From an uncultured Phycisphaerales bacterium (GTDB lineage Bacteria > Planctomycetota > Phycisphaerae > Tepidisphaerales > Tepidisphaeraceae), in assembly GCA_963755915.1 (NCBI GenBank), contig CAVWLP010000002.1, positions 4,480,001-4,544,000 on the forward strand: a stretch of DNA of 64,000 bases, written 5' to 3'. The position numbers were made by a program, and so were the translations under genes. Under the pieces are notes generated by a model. That model saw only the letters and a program-made list of their open reading frames with translations. It made no database searches and had not been told where the DNA came from. This document shows, one piece after another, positions 34,271 to 45,279 of this stretch (position 1 is the first letter of the stretch; the number at the start of each line of letters is the position of its first letter).

Positions 34271-35314
34271 TTATTGTCTGGGTGGAATTTTTCGCGGAGC
34301 GGGATCGACTTCCTTGTGTCCGCCGAACTCGAAGCGCAGGGCCGAGAGAAGTTTCTCGGCAAACGTGTTTTCCCCGCGCGAGCTGAATCGTGCATAGAGG
34401 GCGGCGCTCAGGACGGGCACGGGGACGGCCTCGTCGATGGCTGCCGCCACGGTCCAACGCCCTTCGCCGGAGTCAGCGACATGACCGGAGAAATCTTCGA
34501 GGCTGGGATTCTTGGCCAGCGCGGAGGCGGTGAGGTCCATCAGCCAGCCGCCGATGACGCTGCCGCGGCGCCAGACTTCGGCGATGTCGGAAAGGTTCAT
34601 GTCGTAGCGGTAATATTCGGGATTTCGCAGCGGGGTCGTCTCGGCGTTGATGGCCTGCTCGGTCTTGCCGGCATCCGCGTGGCGAAGCACGTTCAGCCCC
34701 TCGGCATAGGCGGCCATGATGCCGTACTCGATGCCGTTGTGGACCATCTTCACGAAATGTCCGGCGCCGTTCGGGCCGCAGTAGAGATAGCCCTGCTCGG
34801 GGGCGGTGGGAGACCCTTTGGCCCGCTCGGGCGTGCGCGGGGCGGCTTCGATTCCAGGGGCGAGGGAGGCGAAGATAGGTTCCAGATGCTTGGCGATGTC
34901 TGGCTCGCCGCCGATCATGAGGCAGAACCCGCGCTCGAGGCCCCAGACACCGCCGCTGGTGCCGACGTCGACGTAGTGAATTTTCTTCTCGCGGAGCATG
35001 GCGGCGCGGCGGATGTCGTCGTGGTAATAGGAATTGCCGCCGTCAATGAGGATATCGCCGGGTTCGATGAGGGGAAGAAGCTGTGCGATCGCTTTGTCGA
35101 CGATCGCGGCGGGAACCATGAGCCAGATGGCGCGGGGCTTGCTGAGTTTCTTGACGAACTCCGCGAGTTGGGTGGATCCGTCGGCTCCATCTTTGATGAG
35201 GCCTTGAACTGTATCCTGCGAGATGTCGTTGACGACACACTTGTGTCCGCGCTTCATGAGGCGCCGAACCATGGCCGCGCCCATTCGCCCCAGTCCGATC
35301 ATGCCGAGTTGCAT
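34271..35314 (-). CDS. gnd: 6-phosphogluconate dehydrogenase (decarboxylating, short form)
   Basis: [42 protein letters not shown]. Confidence 0.94.
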   Translation of the reverse strand: MQLGMIGLGRMGAAMVRRLMKRGHKCVVNDISQDTVQGLIKDGADGSTQLAEFVKKLSKPRAIWLMVPAAIVDKAIAQLLPLIEPGDILIDGGNSYYHDDIRRAAMLREKKIHYVDVGTSGGVWGLERGFCLMIGGEPDIAKHLEPIFASLAPGIEAAPRTPERAKGSPTAPEQGYLYCGPNGAGHFVKMVHNGIEYGIMAAYAEGLNVLRHADAGKTEQAINAETTPLRNPEYYRYDMNLSDIAEVWRRGSVIGGWLMDLTASALAKNPSLEDFSGHVADSGEGRWTVAAAIDEAVPVPVLSAALYARFSSRGENTFAEKLLSALRFEFGGHKEVDPAPRKIPPRQ

Positions 35315-35434
35315 GTGATCTCCTTCGTTGATGCGGATTATAGGTATATGCAGTGGAGGGCGAGGGGGAAAGGAAATTTTTTTTTTGAATCGAGTCGCGA
35401 GGCAGGGTGTCCTTTGGTTACGCTTATGGAGTAT

Positions 35435-36132
35435 CTAATCGTTTTTTTCGGCTGCCTCACCAATGCTCGGCGGCTTGATTGACGGCTCCCACATTCGGAA
35501 GCCGCCGAGAAACGCGTTGTCGTTTTCGCCTACGCGGCACTTGGGCGGAATCTTTTTGAGATTGTGAACGTTGCCGCCGCCGAGGACGATATAGTCCGGC
35601 TCGAGCGCTGCGCCAAACGCCACACAACGTCTTCAACGGATTTGCGCCACTTCTTTTTTCCGCGTTTCTTCAGGCCACGCAGGCCGACGTAATCTTCGTA
35701 GGTTTTTTTCCGGTAGGGAAGATGCCCCAGCTCCATTGGCTCAATGACGCCGTCGACGATTAGCGCCGTCCCGAGGCCCGTCCCAAGGCCCAGGAAAAGC
35801 ATTTTGCCGCCATCATAGCTGCCCAGCGCCTGCATGGCGGCGTCGTTGATCATTTTGACCGGCTTGTTGCCGAATGCGGCTGAATAATCGAAGCCCACCC
35901 ACCCATGGGCCAGGTTGTGCGGTTCCGCGACCGGGCGGTTATTCAGCACCGGGCCGGGGTAACCCATCGAGACGACTTCATATTCCCAGTCACCCGCCGC
36001 CTCAACCACGCCGGCGGCCATCTGCTCGGCGGTCATCGAGGGGCCGGAGTCAAACATGCGGTGCTCGCTCTGCCCGGTGGCGAGAATTTTGATGTGAGTC
36101 CCGCCGACGTCGATCACGAGGATGTTTTTCAT
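35435..36132 (-). CDS. ppgK: ROK-family (polyphosphate-type) glucokinase; frameshift at ~35620
   Basis: IDVGGTHIK, GYPGPV, NDAAMQA, GLGTGLG, ELGHL, VLGGGN. Confidence 0.75.
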
Positions 36133-36237
36133 CGGATGATGAAATTACACGATATGGCGGGGGATTGGAAATCCCTCTTACCCCCTCGTGGCATTCCGAT
36201 GGCAGTCCGGCAGAAGGCAACGGTTGAGGCATATCCC

Positions 36238-36528
36238 TTATGCCGCAATCCGCGAAACCTTCAGTTTCTTCGATTTCTTCCTCACCTTCCACAAATCGTA
36301 CTGCATCTGCTGATTCAGCCACGATTCCGCCGTCGTATTAAAGGCAATTGACAACCGAATCGCCATCTCCGGACTAACGCCCGACCGCCCATTCAGCAGC
36401 TCCGACAGACTTTTCCGCGTCACGCCCAGCGCCTTCGCGGCCGCGGTTACCGACAGATGCAGCGGCTCCAGGCAAAGCTCCCGGATCACCTCCCCTGGAT
36501 GCGGTGGATTATGCATAACGTGGCTCAT
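36238..36528 (-). CDS. higA: HigA family antitoxin (HTH)
   Basis: [49 protein letters not shown]. Confidence 0.92.
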   Translation of the reverse strand: MSHVMHNPPHPGEVIRELCLEPLHLSVTAAAKALGVTRKSLSELLNGRSGVSPEMAIRLSIAFNTTAESWLNQQMQYDLWKVRKKSKKLKVSRIAA

Positions 36529-36538
36529 GATCTGCTCC

Positions 36539-36574
36539 TCAATGATAGTCCAGATAGTCGACTTCAGCGGACTG
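36539..36574 (-). pseudogene. higB: Relic 3' end of higB toxin
   Basis: Reads (QSA)EVDYLDYH-stop directly before higA, the typical C-terminus of plasmid-killer HigB; in-frame stop upstream and no start codon. Confidence 0.7.
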
Positions 36575-36580
36575 CTAAAG

Positions 36581-37581
36581 TCAGCCGATCTGCAACACGC
36601 CAGTCCCCGAAATCCCATCATGCTTGAGCATTTGCAGCCCGCGGTTGGCGTCCTGCAGGGGGAAGACCGTTGTTTTGGGCTTCAGGGGAATTTCGGCGGC
36701 GAGGCGCAGGAGTTCTTCGCCGTCGGTGCGGGTGTTGGCGGTGACGCTGCGAAGCTCTTTTTCGTAGAAGAGATGGCGTTGGTAATTCAATGTGGGAATG
36801 TCGGTAAGATGGATTCCCGCGATCGACAGGGTGCCGCCGCGGTCGAGGGCTTCCAAGGCGGGCAAAACCAAATTGCCCACCGGCGCGAACATCACGGCGC
36901 TGTCGAGCGAACCGGGCGGCTTCGCATCGGCGGAGCCGGCCCAGGTGGCGCCGAATTCCAGGGCCAGTTTGCGGTGCATTTCGTCGCGGGTCATTACAAA
37001 GACGGTGCAGCCAAGATGGCGGGCGATCTGGATGGCGATGCTGGCGGATGAGCCGAAGCCATAGAGGCCGAGCCGGCATCCGGGCTTCATCCGGGCGCGC
37101 TTCAGGGCGCGGTAGCCGATAATCCCGGCGCAGAGGATGGGCGAAATCGTCGCCGGGTCGATCGAAGCGGGCAGATGGTAGGCGAAATTTTCGCTGACCA
37201 CGGCGTACTGTGCGTATCCGCCGTCTTCGTCGTAGCCGGTGAATTTTGCGTTGGGGCAGAGATTTTCCTTTTGTGCTTTGCAATAGCGGCACTGGCCGCA
37301 GGTGTGGCGAAGCCAGGCGATTCCCGCGCGGTCGCCGATTTTGAATTTGCTTACGCCTTCTCCCAGGCGGTCGACTGTTCCGACCACCTGATGTCCGGGA
37401 ATGATGTGCGGCCGATGGGGCGGAAGGTCTCCCTCCACGACGTGGAGATCGGTTCGGCAGAGTGCGCAAACCAAAACGCGAACGCGAATCTCCCCCGCCT
37501 TGGGCTCAGGCGTCGGGACTTCGGCAATTCAAGGGGGGAGGAATCGATCAGCCCGGGCTCTTTGAGCGCCATCGCCTTCAT
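36581..37581 (-). CDS. Zinc-dependent alcohol dehydrogenase (AdhP-like); N-terminal frameshift(s)
   Basis: CRTDLH, PGHQ, CGQCRYC...ENLC, LCAG, GLYGFG. Confidence 0.88.
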
Positions 37582-38009
37582 TACAGGGGTGATATCTCAT
37601 CCTGCCGCCATTTTTCAAGAGGAATTACCTTGCGCTGCGGCCCCTCGGTCAGGACGGTCCTGATGGTATCGGCGATGTCGCGCAGTGAGGTCGATCCCTT
37701 GGCCAGGACCGCGCTCACCTGAAGGGACTTTGCCCTGACGGCCAGCGGACCATCGGGAGCGGCGGTGAAGACGACCACGGGAACCGAATGGAGGCGGACA
37801 TAGGAGCGGAGCATCTCGACGAGGTCGGCGCCGTTCATTTCGGGAATGTTCAGGTCGAGCAGGACGAGATCCGGCGTGCGCTCGACGATGTAGGTCATGG
37901 CGGCTCGGCCGTCGGCGGCGCAGTCAACCGTATGACCCTCGCGACCCAGATAAAGAGCCAGGGCCTCGGAAGAATCGGCGTGATCCTCCACGACTAGAAC
38001 ACGCGCCAT
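37581..38009 (-). CDS. Single-domain response regulator
   Basis: LVVED, DLVLLDL.IP, conserved T and K; TAATG overlap with adh. Confidence 0.88.
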   Translation of the reverse strand: MARVLVVEDHADSSEALALYLGREGHTVDCAADGRAAMTYIVERTPDLVLLDLNIPEMNGADLVEMLRSYVRLHSVPVVVFTAAPDGPLAVRAKSLQVSAVLAKGSTSLRDIADTIRTVLTEGPQRKVIPLEKWRQDEISPL

Positions 38010-38162
38010 TTCCGGATGCTATCGCCCAAGCCGCTGGGCCGATACGCCGAAAATCTCGATTGCACAGAAAAATTTTGCGTCCTCTCCGGCTCAACATCAA
38101 TTACAAACCGCATAAAATTGCAGCACTTCCATTCTGCACGGGCGATTTGAGCAGTTTTTTGC

Positions 38163-38558
38163 TCACTTCGCTACGTTCGAAGCCAGGGCCGCTACGAGCG
38201 CGATGTTGGCCGTCAGTTCCTGAGGCAGATGATGTCGGTCACGCAAATATTCGACCGAATTAAACGAAATCCATGCGTTTCCCTGCTCGTCTTCCCAGAC
38301 GAGAAGCTTGAGGGGCAAGTCGATGGCGATGGTGGGCGCGGCGAGCATCAGGGGCGTGCCAGCCTTGGGGCTGCCGAAGATGAGCAACTTGGTGGGCCGC
38401 ATGGTCATCCCGGCGAGTCCGGCCTCGCCGCTGTGGTCAATCAGGGCGAAGATTTTGACGCCTTTCTCGGCGAGGACCGTCTCCAGCCGCATGACGGTCT
38501 CGCTGACACTGTGGCTGCTGGGGACATTGACGATTCCATTGGCTTCCTGGGAGGGCAT
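38163..38558 (-). CDS. DUF302 family protein
   Basis: FALIDHS, LLIFGSPKAGTPLM, IDLPLKLLVWED. Confidence 0.85.
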   Translation of the reverse strand: MPSQEANGIVNVPSSHSVSETVMRLETVLAEKGVKIFALIDHSGEAGLAGMTMRPTKLLIFGSPKAGTPLMLAAPTIAIDLPLKLLVWEDEQGNAWISFNSVEYLRDRHHLPQELTANIALVAALASNVAK

Positions 38559-38670
38559 AGATCTCCTTTCACTGGGATTGGGCGAACAGTTTCATGCAGA
38601 GCATAACCAAATATAGCGTGGCGATGAGGCCGACGCGGTACCCGCAAATTAAAGAACTTTCAGATTTCCC

Positions 38671-38702
38671 TTGCATCCCCGGACCGTAAGTGTACACTTA
38701 CG
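38671..38702 (+). promoter_or_regulatory. tetR promoter overlapped by a perfect 18-bp operator palindrome
   Basis: TTGCAT-16 bp-TACACT; CGTAAGTGTACACTTACG at 38685-38702. Confidence 0.8.
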
Positions 38703-38708
38703 ACCCTC

Positions 38709-39286
38709 ATGGCTAGCGGCGACCTTAAACGAATGCTTCCCCTGGTGGCGCGAGCCTTCGCGGACCTGGGATATCGCCGGGCGACGACGGCCGCCTTGGC
38801 GAAGCGTTGCGGGGTGCGGGAAAACGTGCTCTACCGCGCCTGGCCGGACAAAAAAGCGATGTTCATCGCCTCCATCGACTTTGTCTGGCAGCGGTCGATG
38901 GATATCTGGCAGCGGCTGGTCGAGGAATCAGGAAAAACGGGGGCGGAGGCGGCGACGCTGATTCTCGAATACGAGTCGAAACACCACGGGGAAACGGGGC
39001 TTTACAAAGTTGTGTTCGCCGGCCTGACGGAGCTGGATGATCCGCAGGTTGCGGCCGCCCTGCGGAATATGTACCGCAGCTTTCACGCGTTCATCACCCG
39101 GCAGGTGCTGGCCATGCGGGAGCAACCTTCGGCGCGGATTCGGGAAGCGAGGCTTCCGACGAGATGTGCGCCTGGGGCGTGCTGGGGATCGCCACCGTGG
39201 TCAACATCGACCGCGAGCTGAAGCTTTTCAGCCCCCGCGAACGGGCGCAGCTTTTTACCCGGCTATTACAACTGCTCATCCAATGA
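38709..39286 (+). CDS. TetR/AcrR family transcriptional regulator; frameshift at ~39150
   Basis: FADLGY..ATT..LAK.CGV....LY..WPDK HTH; C-terminus WGVLGIATVV...LLIQ* in the shifted frame. Confidence 0.88.
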
Positions 39287-39310
39287 CCTCTTGTTTTTTT
39301 TATATCCTCG

Positions 39311-39326
39311 GTAAGTGAATACTTAC
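39311..39326. promoter_or_regulatory. Second TetR operator upstream of the desaturase gene
   Basis: GTAAGTGAATACTTAC, same GTAAGT-N4-ACTTAC arms as at 38686. Confidence 0.8.
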
Positions 39327-39353
39327 GGCCTTTGGGCCGGAAAGGATGCGTCT

Positions 39354-39986
39354 ATGCTCGTTTCACTTCTTTCGTCCGCGGCTTTGATCCTGGCGGGAAA
39401 ATGCCTTCTCAAATTTATCGCCGCGGTTTTGGTCACGGATTTTATCTCGGGGGTTTTTCACTGGTTTGAAGACGCGTATGGCCGGGAGGACTTTCCCTTC
39501 ACCGGCAAATGGATTACGCGATTGAACGTCCTGCACCATCACAACCCGCGGGCCTTCGTCCACAATTCCTGGTGGCAAAGCTCGTGGGACCTGACCCTGG
39601 TGGTGGCGATCGTCGTGCTCGTCGCCTGGGCGATGGGGTGTCTGAGTTGGCCGGTGTGGGTGTTTGCCATCGTCGGGGCAAACGCGAATCAGATTCACAA
39701 GTGGACCCACCGCACGCCGCGCGAGAACGGCAGGATCATCACCGCGCTTCAGCGGCTTCATCTGGTGCAGAGCGTGCGCCATCACGCCCGGCACCATACC
39801 AACCCGAAGGACAGCAATTACTGCGTGATCACGGATTTCCTGAATCCGATCCTCGACGGCCTTCGGGTGTGGGAGGGGATCGAGTTCGTTCTGCTGCACC
39901 TGTTTGGAATGCGGCGGAGGGTTGATCCATCGGCGAAGCGGCCTGAAACGCCGATCGGTGCGGTTCATCAGATCAGCGCACCCTAA
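39354..39986 (+). CDS. CarF/TMEM189 (Kua/FAD4)-family lipid desaturase
   Basis: DF.SG..HW.ED.YG, HH..P, NQIHKWTH, HHARHH, YCVIT...NP.LD; GAAAGGA RBS before the ATG at 39354. Confidence 0.87.
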   Translation: MLVSLLSSAALILAGKCLLKFIAAVLVTDFISGVFHWFEDAYGREDFPFTGKWITRLNVLHHHNPRAFVHNSWWQSSWDLTLVVAIVVLVAWAMGCLSWPVWVFAIVGANANQIHKWTHRTPRENGRIITALQRLHLVQSVRHHARHHTNPKDSNYCVITDFLNPILDGLRVWEGIEFVLLHLFGMRRRVDPSAKRPETPIGAVHQISAP

Positions 39987-40040
39987 GTCGTGTTTCTCGT
40001 TTCTGGGGCATGGGAGTGCGCCACCCGGCCGAATGAAAAT

Positions 40041-40106
40041 CTCACGCAGAGGCGCAAGGCGCAGAGAATCTCGGTTTTCCTCTGCGCCTCTGCGCCTCTG
40101 CGTGAG
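40041..40106. repeat. Palindromic REP-like element of 8-mer CTCTGCGC units (CTCACGCAGAGG family) between convergent genes
   Basis: CTCACGCAGAGGCGCAAGGCGCAGAG...CTCTGCGCCTCTGCGCCTCTGCGTGAG. Confidence 0.9.
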
Positions 40107-40139
40107 GTTCTTCAAAGCGGGCATTAGGTGCGGCCTGGT

Positions 40140-42864
40140 TCAGTGAGGCGTGTACCCCGCGATCACGCTTGTAAATTGATATTCGCCTGACCCCACCTCA
40201 AAAACGGCAGCTCCCGCTTCGAATCGTACAAACTTCACCCCCATCGCCTGCGCTGTGGGCTTCCCCCCTTCCGTCACCGATTCCGCATCGCGCGCGGGAA
40301 TATATACCATCGCCGTCGTGTTTGCCGGAACCACAACATGCATCGAAACGCTCCCAGATTTCTGCGCCCACTCACTTACAATCCGACCATAAGCGGAATC
40401 GTAATGCGCCCGCACCCATGCGAGATCGCCCAGCATCGCCGGCTTGATGATTAATTTCCTGAAGCCCGGCGCATCCGGGTCAGGCCGAATCCCCGCCAAG
40501 CCCTGGTAAAACCAACTGTCCAGCGAATTGAAGCAGGCGTGAATAAACGACGCTCCGCCGTCCCATTGCTCCGGCCACGTCGTGTCCCCTTGCTCCAGGC
40601 AATATCCCCAGCCAGGGTAACTTTTGTTGTGGACGATCGTCCACAAGAGATCGTCACGGCCGATGTCCTGGAGGTAATGAATGAGAAAATACGTGCCAGT
40701 GAGGCCGGTATCGAGATGGGCGCCGCGGGCGGCGATGCTCTGAAACAGGGTCTGCTGCACCGCAACCCGCAACTTTTCCGGCGTCACGCCCGCGACCAGC
40801 GGCATCACCAGGTACGCCTGTTTGTCGTTCAAATAACAGTTTCTCTTCGGATCGAAATAGTTTTCCTGGATTCGCGATCGCAGTGCATCGGCCTGGGCCG
40901 AAAATTCCGATGCGTCCGCCGTTCGATTCAGCCCCTTTGCCATCCAGCCAAGCTGATCGAGCAGATAGACGAGATAGCAGTTGTTAAAAAACTCAGCCTC
41001 CCGGGGTGAGGGGAAGCCCCAGAGTCCCCTGGCGTTTAACGGTCCGGGCGGAAGCCAGTCTCCCAGGCTATCTATTCCGTTCTTGGCAAAGGCGCGCAGC
41101 AGTCCATCGCTTTCATGGGACTGAAGCATCTGCACATAGCGCCGGCAGGCCAAATAATTTTCGCTGATCGCGGCGCGATCTCCGTAATAGAGATTCAGCC
41201 GCCAAGCCAGCTCCTGAAGCGCCGCGCCCCACGGCGGCCCGCCGCCCCCTTCGCCCTGCGGGGCGGTGTGCGGGATAAATCCAGTCGTCGGGTCCTGCAC
41301 GTCGCGCCAATCGGCGATCCACTTTTCGTAAAACCCGGGCATCTGGAAATTCATGATGCAACTGTCGATGGAGACCTGCCCATCGCCGCCGTAACCCAAT
41401 CGCTCCCGGTGCGGACAATCGGACATGTATCCCCCCTGGCTCAGGCAGTGCATCGTCCGCAGATCGACCTGGTGCATGCGATTGATGAGCGGGTCCGAGC
41501 ATTCAAATTCCCCCGCCTCATCCCAGGCCGCTCCTATGGCCAGCGCGGTTGCATCGCCGGGGCTGGGTGGCGAAGGCAGACCCTCCACCGTGGCGTATCT
41601 AAATCCGTGGTAGTTGAATTTGTTGGTGAACACATCTCCGTCGTCGCCGGACGAGATCAGCAAGTCGCGCTGATTGAAGACTTCATCGTCCTGGGCGCTA
41701 ACGGCTCGGTCGGAGTAATGGATGGTCACGACATGACCCGCCGGGAGGCGCGGAAGTTTCAGGCTCAGAAATCCGGTGAGATTCTCGCCGAAGTCGAAGG
41801 CGTAAAGGCCGCCACCAAGGTCTGAGCACGAAACGGCGGGAATGGTTTTGATGATCTCATCGGGCGGACCGCGCTGGGCATCGGCTTCGACCGGCGGGCT
41901 GGCGACTTCCTTTGCCGCTGCCCAATCTGCATCGGAGAAATCCGGATCGCACCATTTGGGTTGGAGTGCGCGGGGAATGACAAGTTCGCCGCCAAACTGG
42001 GCAACGCTCCAGCTTCCGAGGATCGCGCGACCGCTGGCAGCGCATCGCCAGCTCGAATCGGTGCCAATCGTGATCGGTTTGCCGTCGACGCTGAGATCAA
42101 GCTGCAACCGCGCGATCGGCCCGTCATTCACAACCCCGCGGCGCCCCGGCCAATACCAGCCGCGGCTGAGCCAGAGGCCGATGCAATTCGGGCCTCTATG
42201 CAAATAATTTTTGACGTTATAGGTTAGGTAGAGCGAGCGCTTGGAATAATCGGTCACGCCGGGGCTGATGACATCCGCGCCAACTTTTTGCCCATTCACA
42301 TAAAGTTCGTACCACCCCATGACATTCACGCGCGCGATGGCCGAATCCAGGTCGCCGTCGAGATCAAAATCCCGCCGAATCTGAGGCTCGTTGCAGAACC
42401 CCGGGGGACTTGCGGGCAAATTCGCCATGATCCATCGGGCGTGCCAATCCGCGGGCTCTAGGAGCCCCATCTGCCAGACGGCCGGCGCGCTCCAATCAGA
42501 GACGTTCCCCTTCTGATCCCAGATGCGCACCCTCCATTGGTACGTCTGTGCCGAAACCAGCGGCTCGCCGCCATATTCCACGTTCACCGAGTCATCCGAC
42601 CGCACTTGTCGGCTGTCCCAGACGATTTTGTCGCCCCGGCTCACCTGGATTTGATACGCCGACTGAATCTCGCCCCGGGAATCCGACTCGATGGTCCAGC
42701 TTAGCCGCGGCCTGGGTGCATCGATCACCGGGGTTCCCGCAAGATATTCACAGCGCAGCCCCCCTACCTTCAGCGCTGCGCAGTACCGCCGGGGAGGCGA
42801 TGGCAACGAGCATGGCAAGAAGTAATTTAACGATTTCCCTGTCGTAGCCGCGGGGAGATTTCAT
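40140..42864 (-). CDS. Alpha-L-rhamnosidase, GH78; probable N-terminal frameshift at ~42790
   Basis: LRCEY...PRLSW, QSAYQI, DFGEN..G, YHGFRY, DCPHRERLGY.GD, TTWPEQW, H.....WFY..LAGI; AAGGAG RBS before the ATG at 42864. Confidence 0.9.
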
Positions 42865-42929
42865 CTCCTTCATCACTTTGGTTATACCACTACGGCGGTG
42901 CGTCAGGACATCATCGCCCGCAAGGAGTT

Positions 42930-44081
42930 TTGGCAGTGCGAATTCTGGGATCGCTGGTCGGCCTCGCGTTGATCGTGCTGGTTCTTCTCGATACGTTCGA
43001 GACGATTATCCAGCCGCGCCGGGTGACGCATCGCTTTCGTCTCGCTCGCTTCTATTACCGCACCTGCTGGGATCTGTGCTCGAAGATCGCCCTGATTGTC
43101 CCCGCCGGCAAACGGCGCGAAGCGTACCTTTCATTTTTCGGGCCTCTATCGGTTTTGGGGCTGTTTGTCATCTGGATCTGTGCGCTCATTTTCGGTTTTG
43201 CGGTGCTGGCCTGGTCGGTGCCGGAAAGAATCCAGACCGTCGATACCCACATCAATTTCTTCGACTACCTCTACATGAGCGGCACAACGATCTTCACGCT
43301 CGGTTACGGCGACGTCGTCCCGATCGACCATTTCGGGCGGACCCTTGCCGTCTGCGAATCGGGGCTGGGATTTGCGTTTCTGGCCATCGTCATCAGCTAT
43401 CTTCCAGGGATCAACCAAGCTTTCTCGCGCCGTGAAGTGACCATCTCGCTGCTGGACGCCCGCGCGGGATCGCCCCCCAGCGCTGCGCAACTGCTCAGCC
43501 GCGTCGGTAAGTCAGCGAGCATGCCGCAGCTCGATTCCTTCCTGGCCGAGTGGGAAGCGTGGTCGGCCGAGCTTCTGGAATCGCATCTTTCCTTTCCGAT
43601 CCTGACGTTTTTCCGGTCGCAGCATGACAACCAATCCTGGCTGGCCGCCATTACCTGCATGCTCGACACCTGCGCCGTGATGCTGGCCGAGCTGAAGGAT
43701 TGCAACGTGTACCGGGCGCAGCTCACGTTCGCGATGGCGCGGCATGCGGTGGTCGACCTGGCGCTGGTATTTCGTATCAGCCCCGCGGCGCCGGACGTGG
43801 ACCGGCTTCCGGAAGACAAATGCCGGCTGCTTCAACAGACCCTCCGCGACTCGGGCCTGGAGATTTACCCCGCCGGCGAAGCAGCGAAAAAAATCCGGGA
43901 GCTGCGGGCGATGTACGAGCCGTTCGTCAATGCGCTCGCCAAACGGTTCCTCCTGACCCTTCCGCCGTTCATTACGGATTCGGAACCGATCGATAATTGG
44001 CAGCGGAGCCCGGGCTTTCGTGCTCCCGGACTCGAAAAGCTCCCGACCATCGAAGGGGCGGAAGATCATTTTGGTGGTTGA
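42930..44081 (+). CDS. Potassium channel family protein (Ion_trans_2)
   Basis: Pore helix and filter YMSGTTIFTLGYGD. Confidence 0.85.
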   Translation: MAVRILGSLVGLALIVLVLLDTFETIIQPRRVTHRFRLARFYYRTCWDLCSKIALIVPAGKRREAYLSFFGPLSVLGLFVIWICALIFGFAVLAWSVPERIQTVDTHINFFDYLYMSGTTIFTLGYGDVVPIDHFGRTLAVCESGLGFAFLAIVISYLPGINQAFSRREVTISLLDARAGSPPSAAQLLSRVGKSASMPQLDSFLAEWEAWSAELLESHLSFPILTFFRSQHDNQSWLAAITCMLDTCAVMLAELKDCNVYRAQLTFAMARHAVVDLALVFRISPAAPDVDRLPEDKCRLLQQTLRDSGLEIYPAGEAAKKIRELRAMYEPFVNALAKRFLLTLPPFITDSEPIDNWQRSPGFRAPGLEKLPTIEGAEDHFGG

Positions 44082-44552
44082 ATGGGCAGGATAAGTGCAG
44101 GACTTTTGATGTATCGCATCCTGGGCGGAAAGCCGGAGGTGCTGCTGGTGCATCTCGGGGGGCCGTTTTGGAAGAAAAAAGAGGCCGGCGCGTGGGTGAT
44201 TCCGCGCGGGGAGATCGAGGAAGGGGAAGAGCCGCTGGCGGCGGCGAAGCGCGAGTTTAACGAGGAGACCGGATTCGAATCCACGGGGCCATATATTTCG
44301 CTTGGAGAAGCTCGCCAGAAATCGGGAAAGCAGATTTCCGTGTGGGCGTTTCGCGGCGATTGCGATCTGACGCGGCTTCGGAGCAATACGTTCGAGATCG
44401 AGTGGCCGCCGAGATCGGGGAAACGGCAGAAATTTCCGGAAGTGGACAGGGTGGCTTTTTTTTCTGTGGAGGACGCGACGAAGAAGATCATGGCGGCTGA
44501 ATTGGTGTTCCTGGAAAAGTTGGGCGGGCTGGACATTGAATACAAAACTTGA
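44082..44552 (+). CDS. NUDIX hydrolase
   Basis: GEIEEGEEPLAAAKREFNEETG; SN.FEIEWPP.SG..Q.FPEVDR. Confidence 0.9.
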   Translation: MGRISAGLLMYRILGGKPEVLLVHLGGPFWKKKEAGAWVIPRGEIEEGEEPLAAAKREFNEETGFESTGPYISLGEARQKSGKQISVWAFRGDCDLTRLRSNTFEIEWPPRSGKRQKFPEVDRVAFFSVEDATKKIMAAELVFLEKLGGLDIEYKT

Positions 44553-44659
44553 CAGTCCGCAACACAATGGGGGAGATGGGTAAGATGGGATAGTGAAAAT
44601 CAGGGTTTTGGGATCGCGATTATGATGTTGATCTCGCCAAAGGAATTTCAGGAGGCCGC

Positions 44660-45241
44660 ATGTCCGACTATCCGCCGCCGATGCCCGATCCTTTGCACTA
44701 CTACGCTCCAGTGCCGCCAGTTCGGCCGCGACCGCTGTCGGTGTCGGTCATTGCGTGGATCGCGATCGTGCTTGCGGGACTGGGGGTGCTGGGCGGAATT
44801 TGCGGCATTGTCCAGCGCCTATTTCTGCCGAACCTGAATCAATCGAGTCCGATCACCCAGGTACTTCAAGGCTCCGGAACAATCGCAACATTTCTTCTCG
44901 TCGGTCAGATCATCGGCTGGCTGGTGGATATCGTGCTGCTTTTCACCGGCATCGCATGCCTGAAACTCAAGGGCTGGGGGCGTCGATGGATGATTTACAT
45001 CATGGTTTTCCAACTCTTCACGCTTGTGGTGGGAAATGCTTTTAACTGGGTTATGGTGCGCCCGGTGATGCACCGGCTTGCGCAGCAATACGCGAAGGAT
45101 CCTTCGGTGCAAATGGGACTGCGGTTCGCGCAGATTGCTCAGATCGTCGGCCTGTTCATCGGCACTGCCGGCCCGCTGATTGTTCTCTATTTCTTCACGC
45201 GTCCGCACGTCAAAGCCGCCTTTGCGCCGACGGTGCCCTGA
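44660..45241 (+). CDS. Hypothetical 4-TM membrane protein
   Basis: AGGAGG RBS; four hydrophobic segments; RP.VK.AF end. Confidence 0.7.
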   Translation: MSDYPPPMPDPLHYYAPVPPVRPRPLSVSVIAWIAIVLAGLGVLGGICGIVQRLFLPNLNQSSPITQVLQGSGTIATFLLVGQIIGWLVDIVLLFTGIACLKLKGWGRRWMIYIMVFQLFTLVVGNAFNWVMVRPVMHRLAQQYAKDPSVQMGLRFAQIAQIVGLFIGTAGPLIVLYFFTRPHVKAAFAPTVP

Positions 45242-45279
45242 ATTAGGCAAAACATCAAATACGCAGAGCCGGCCCGCAA

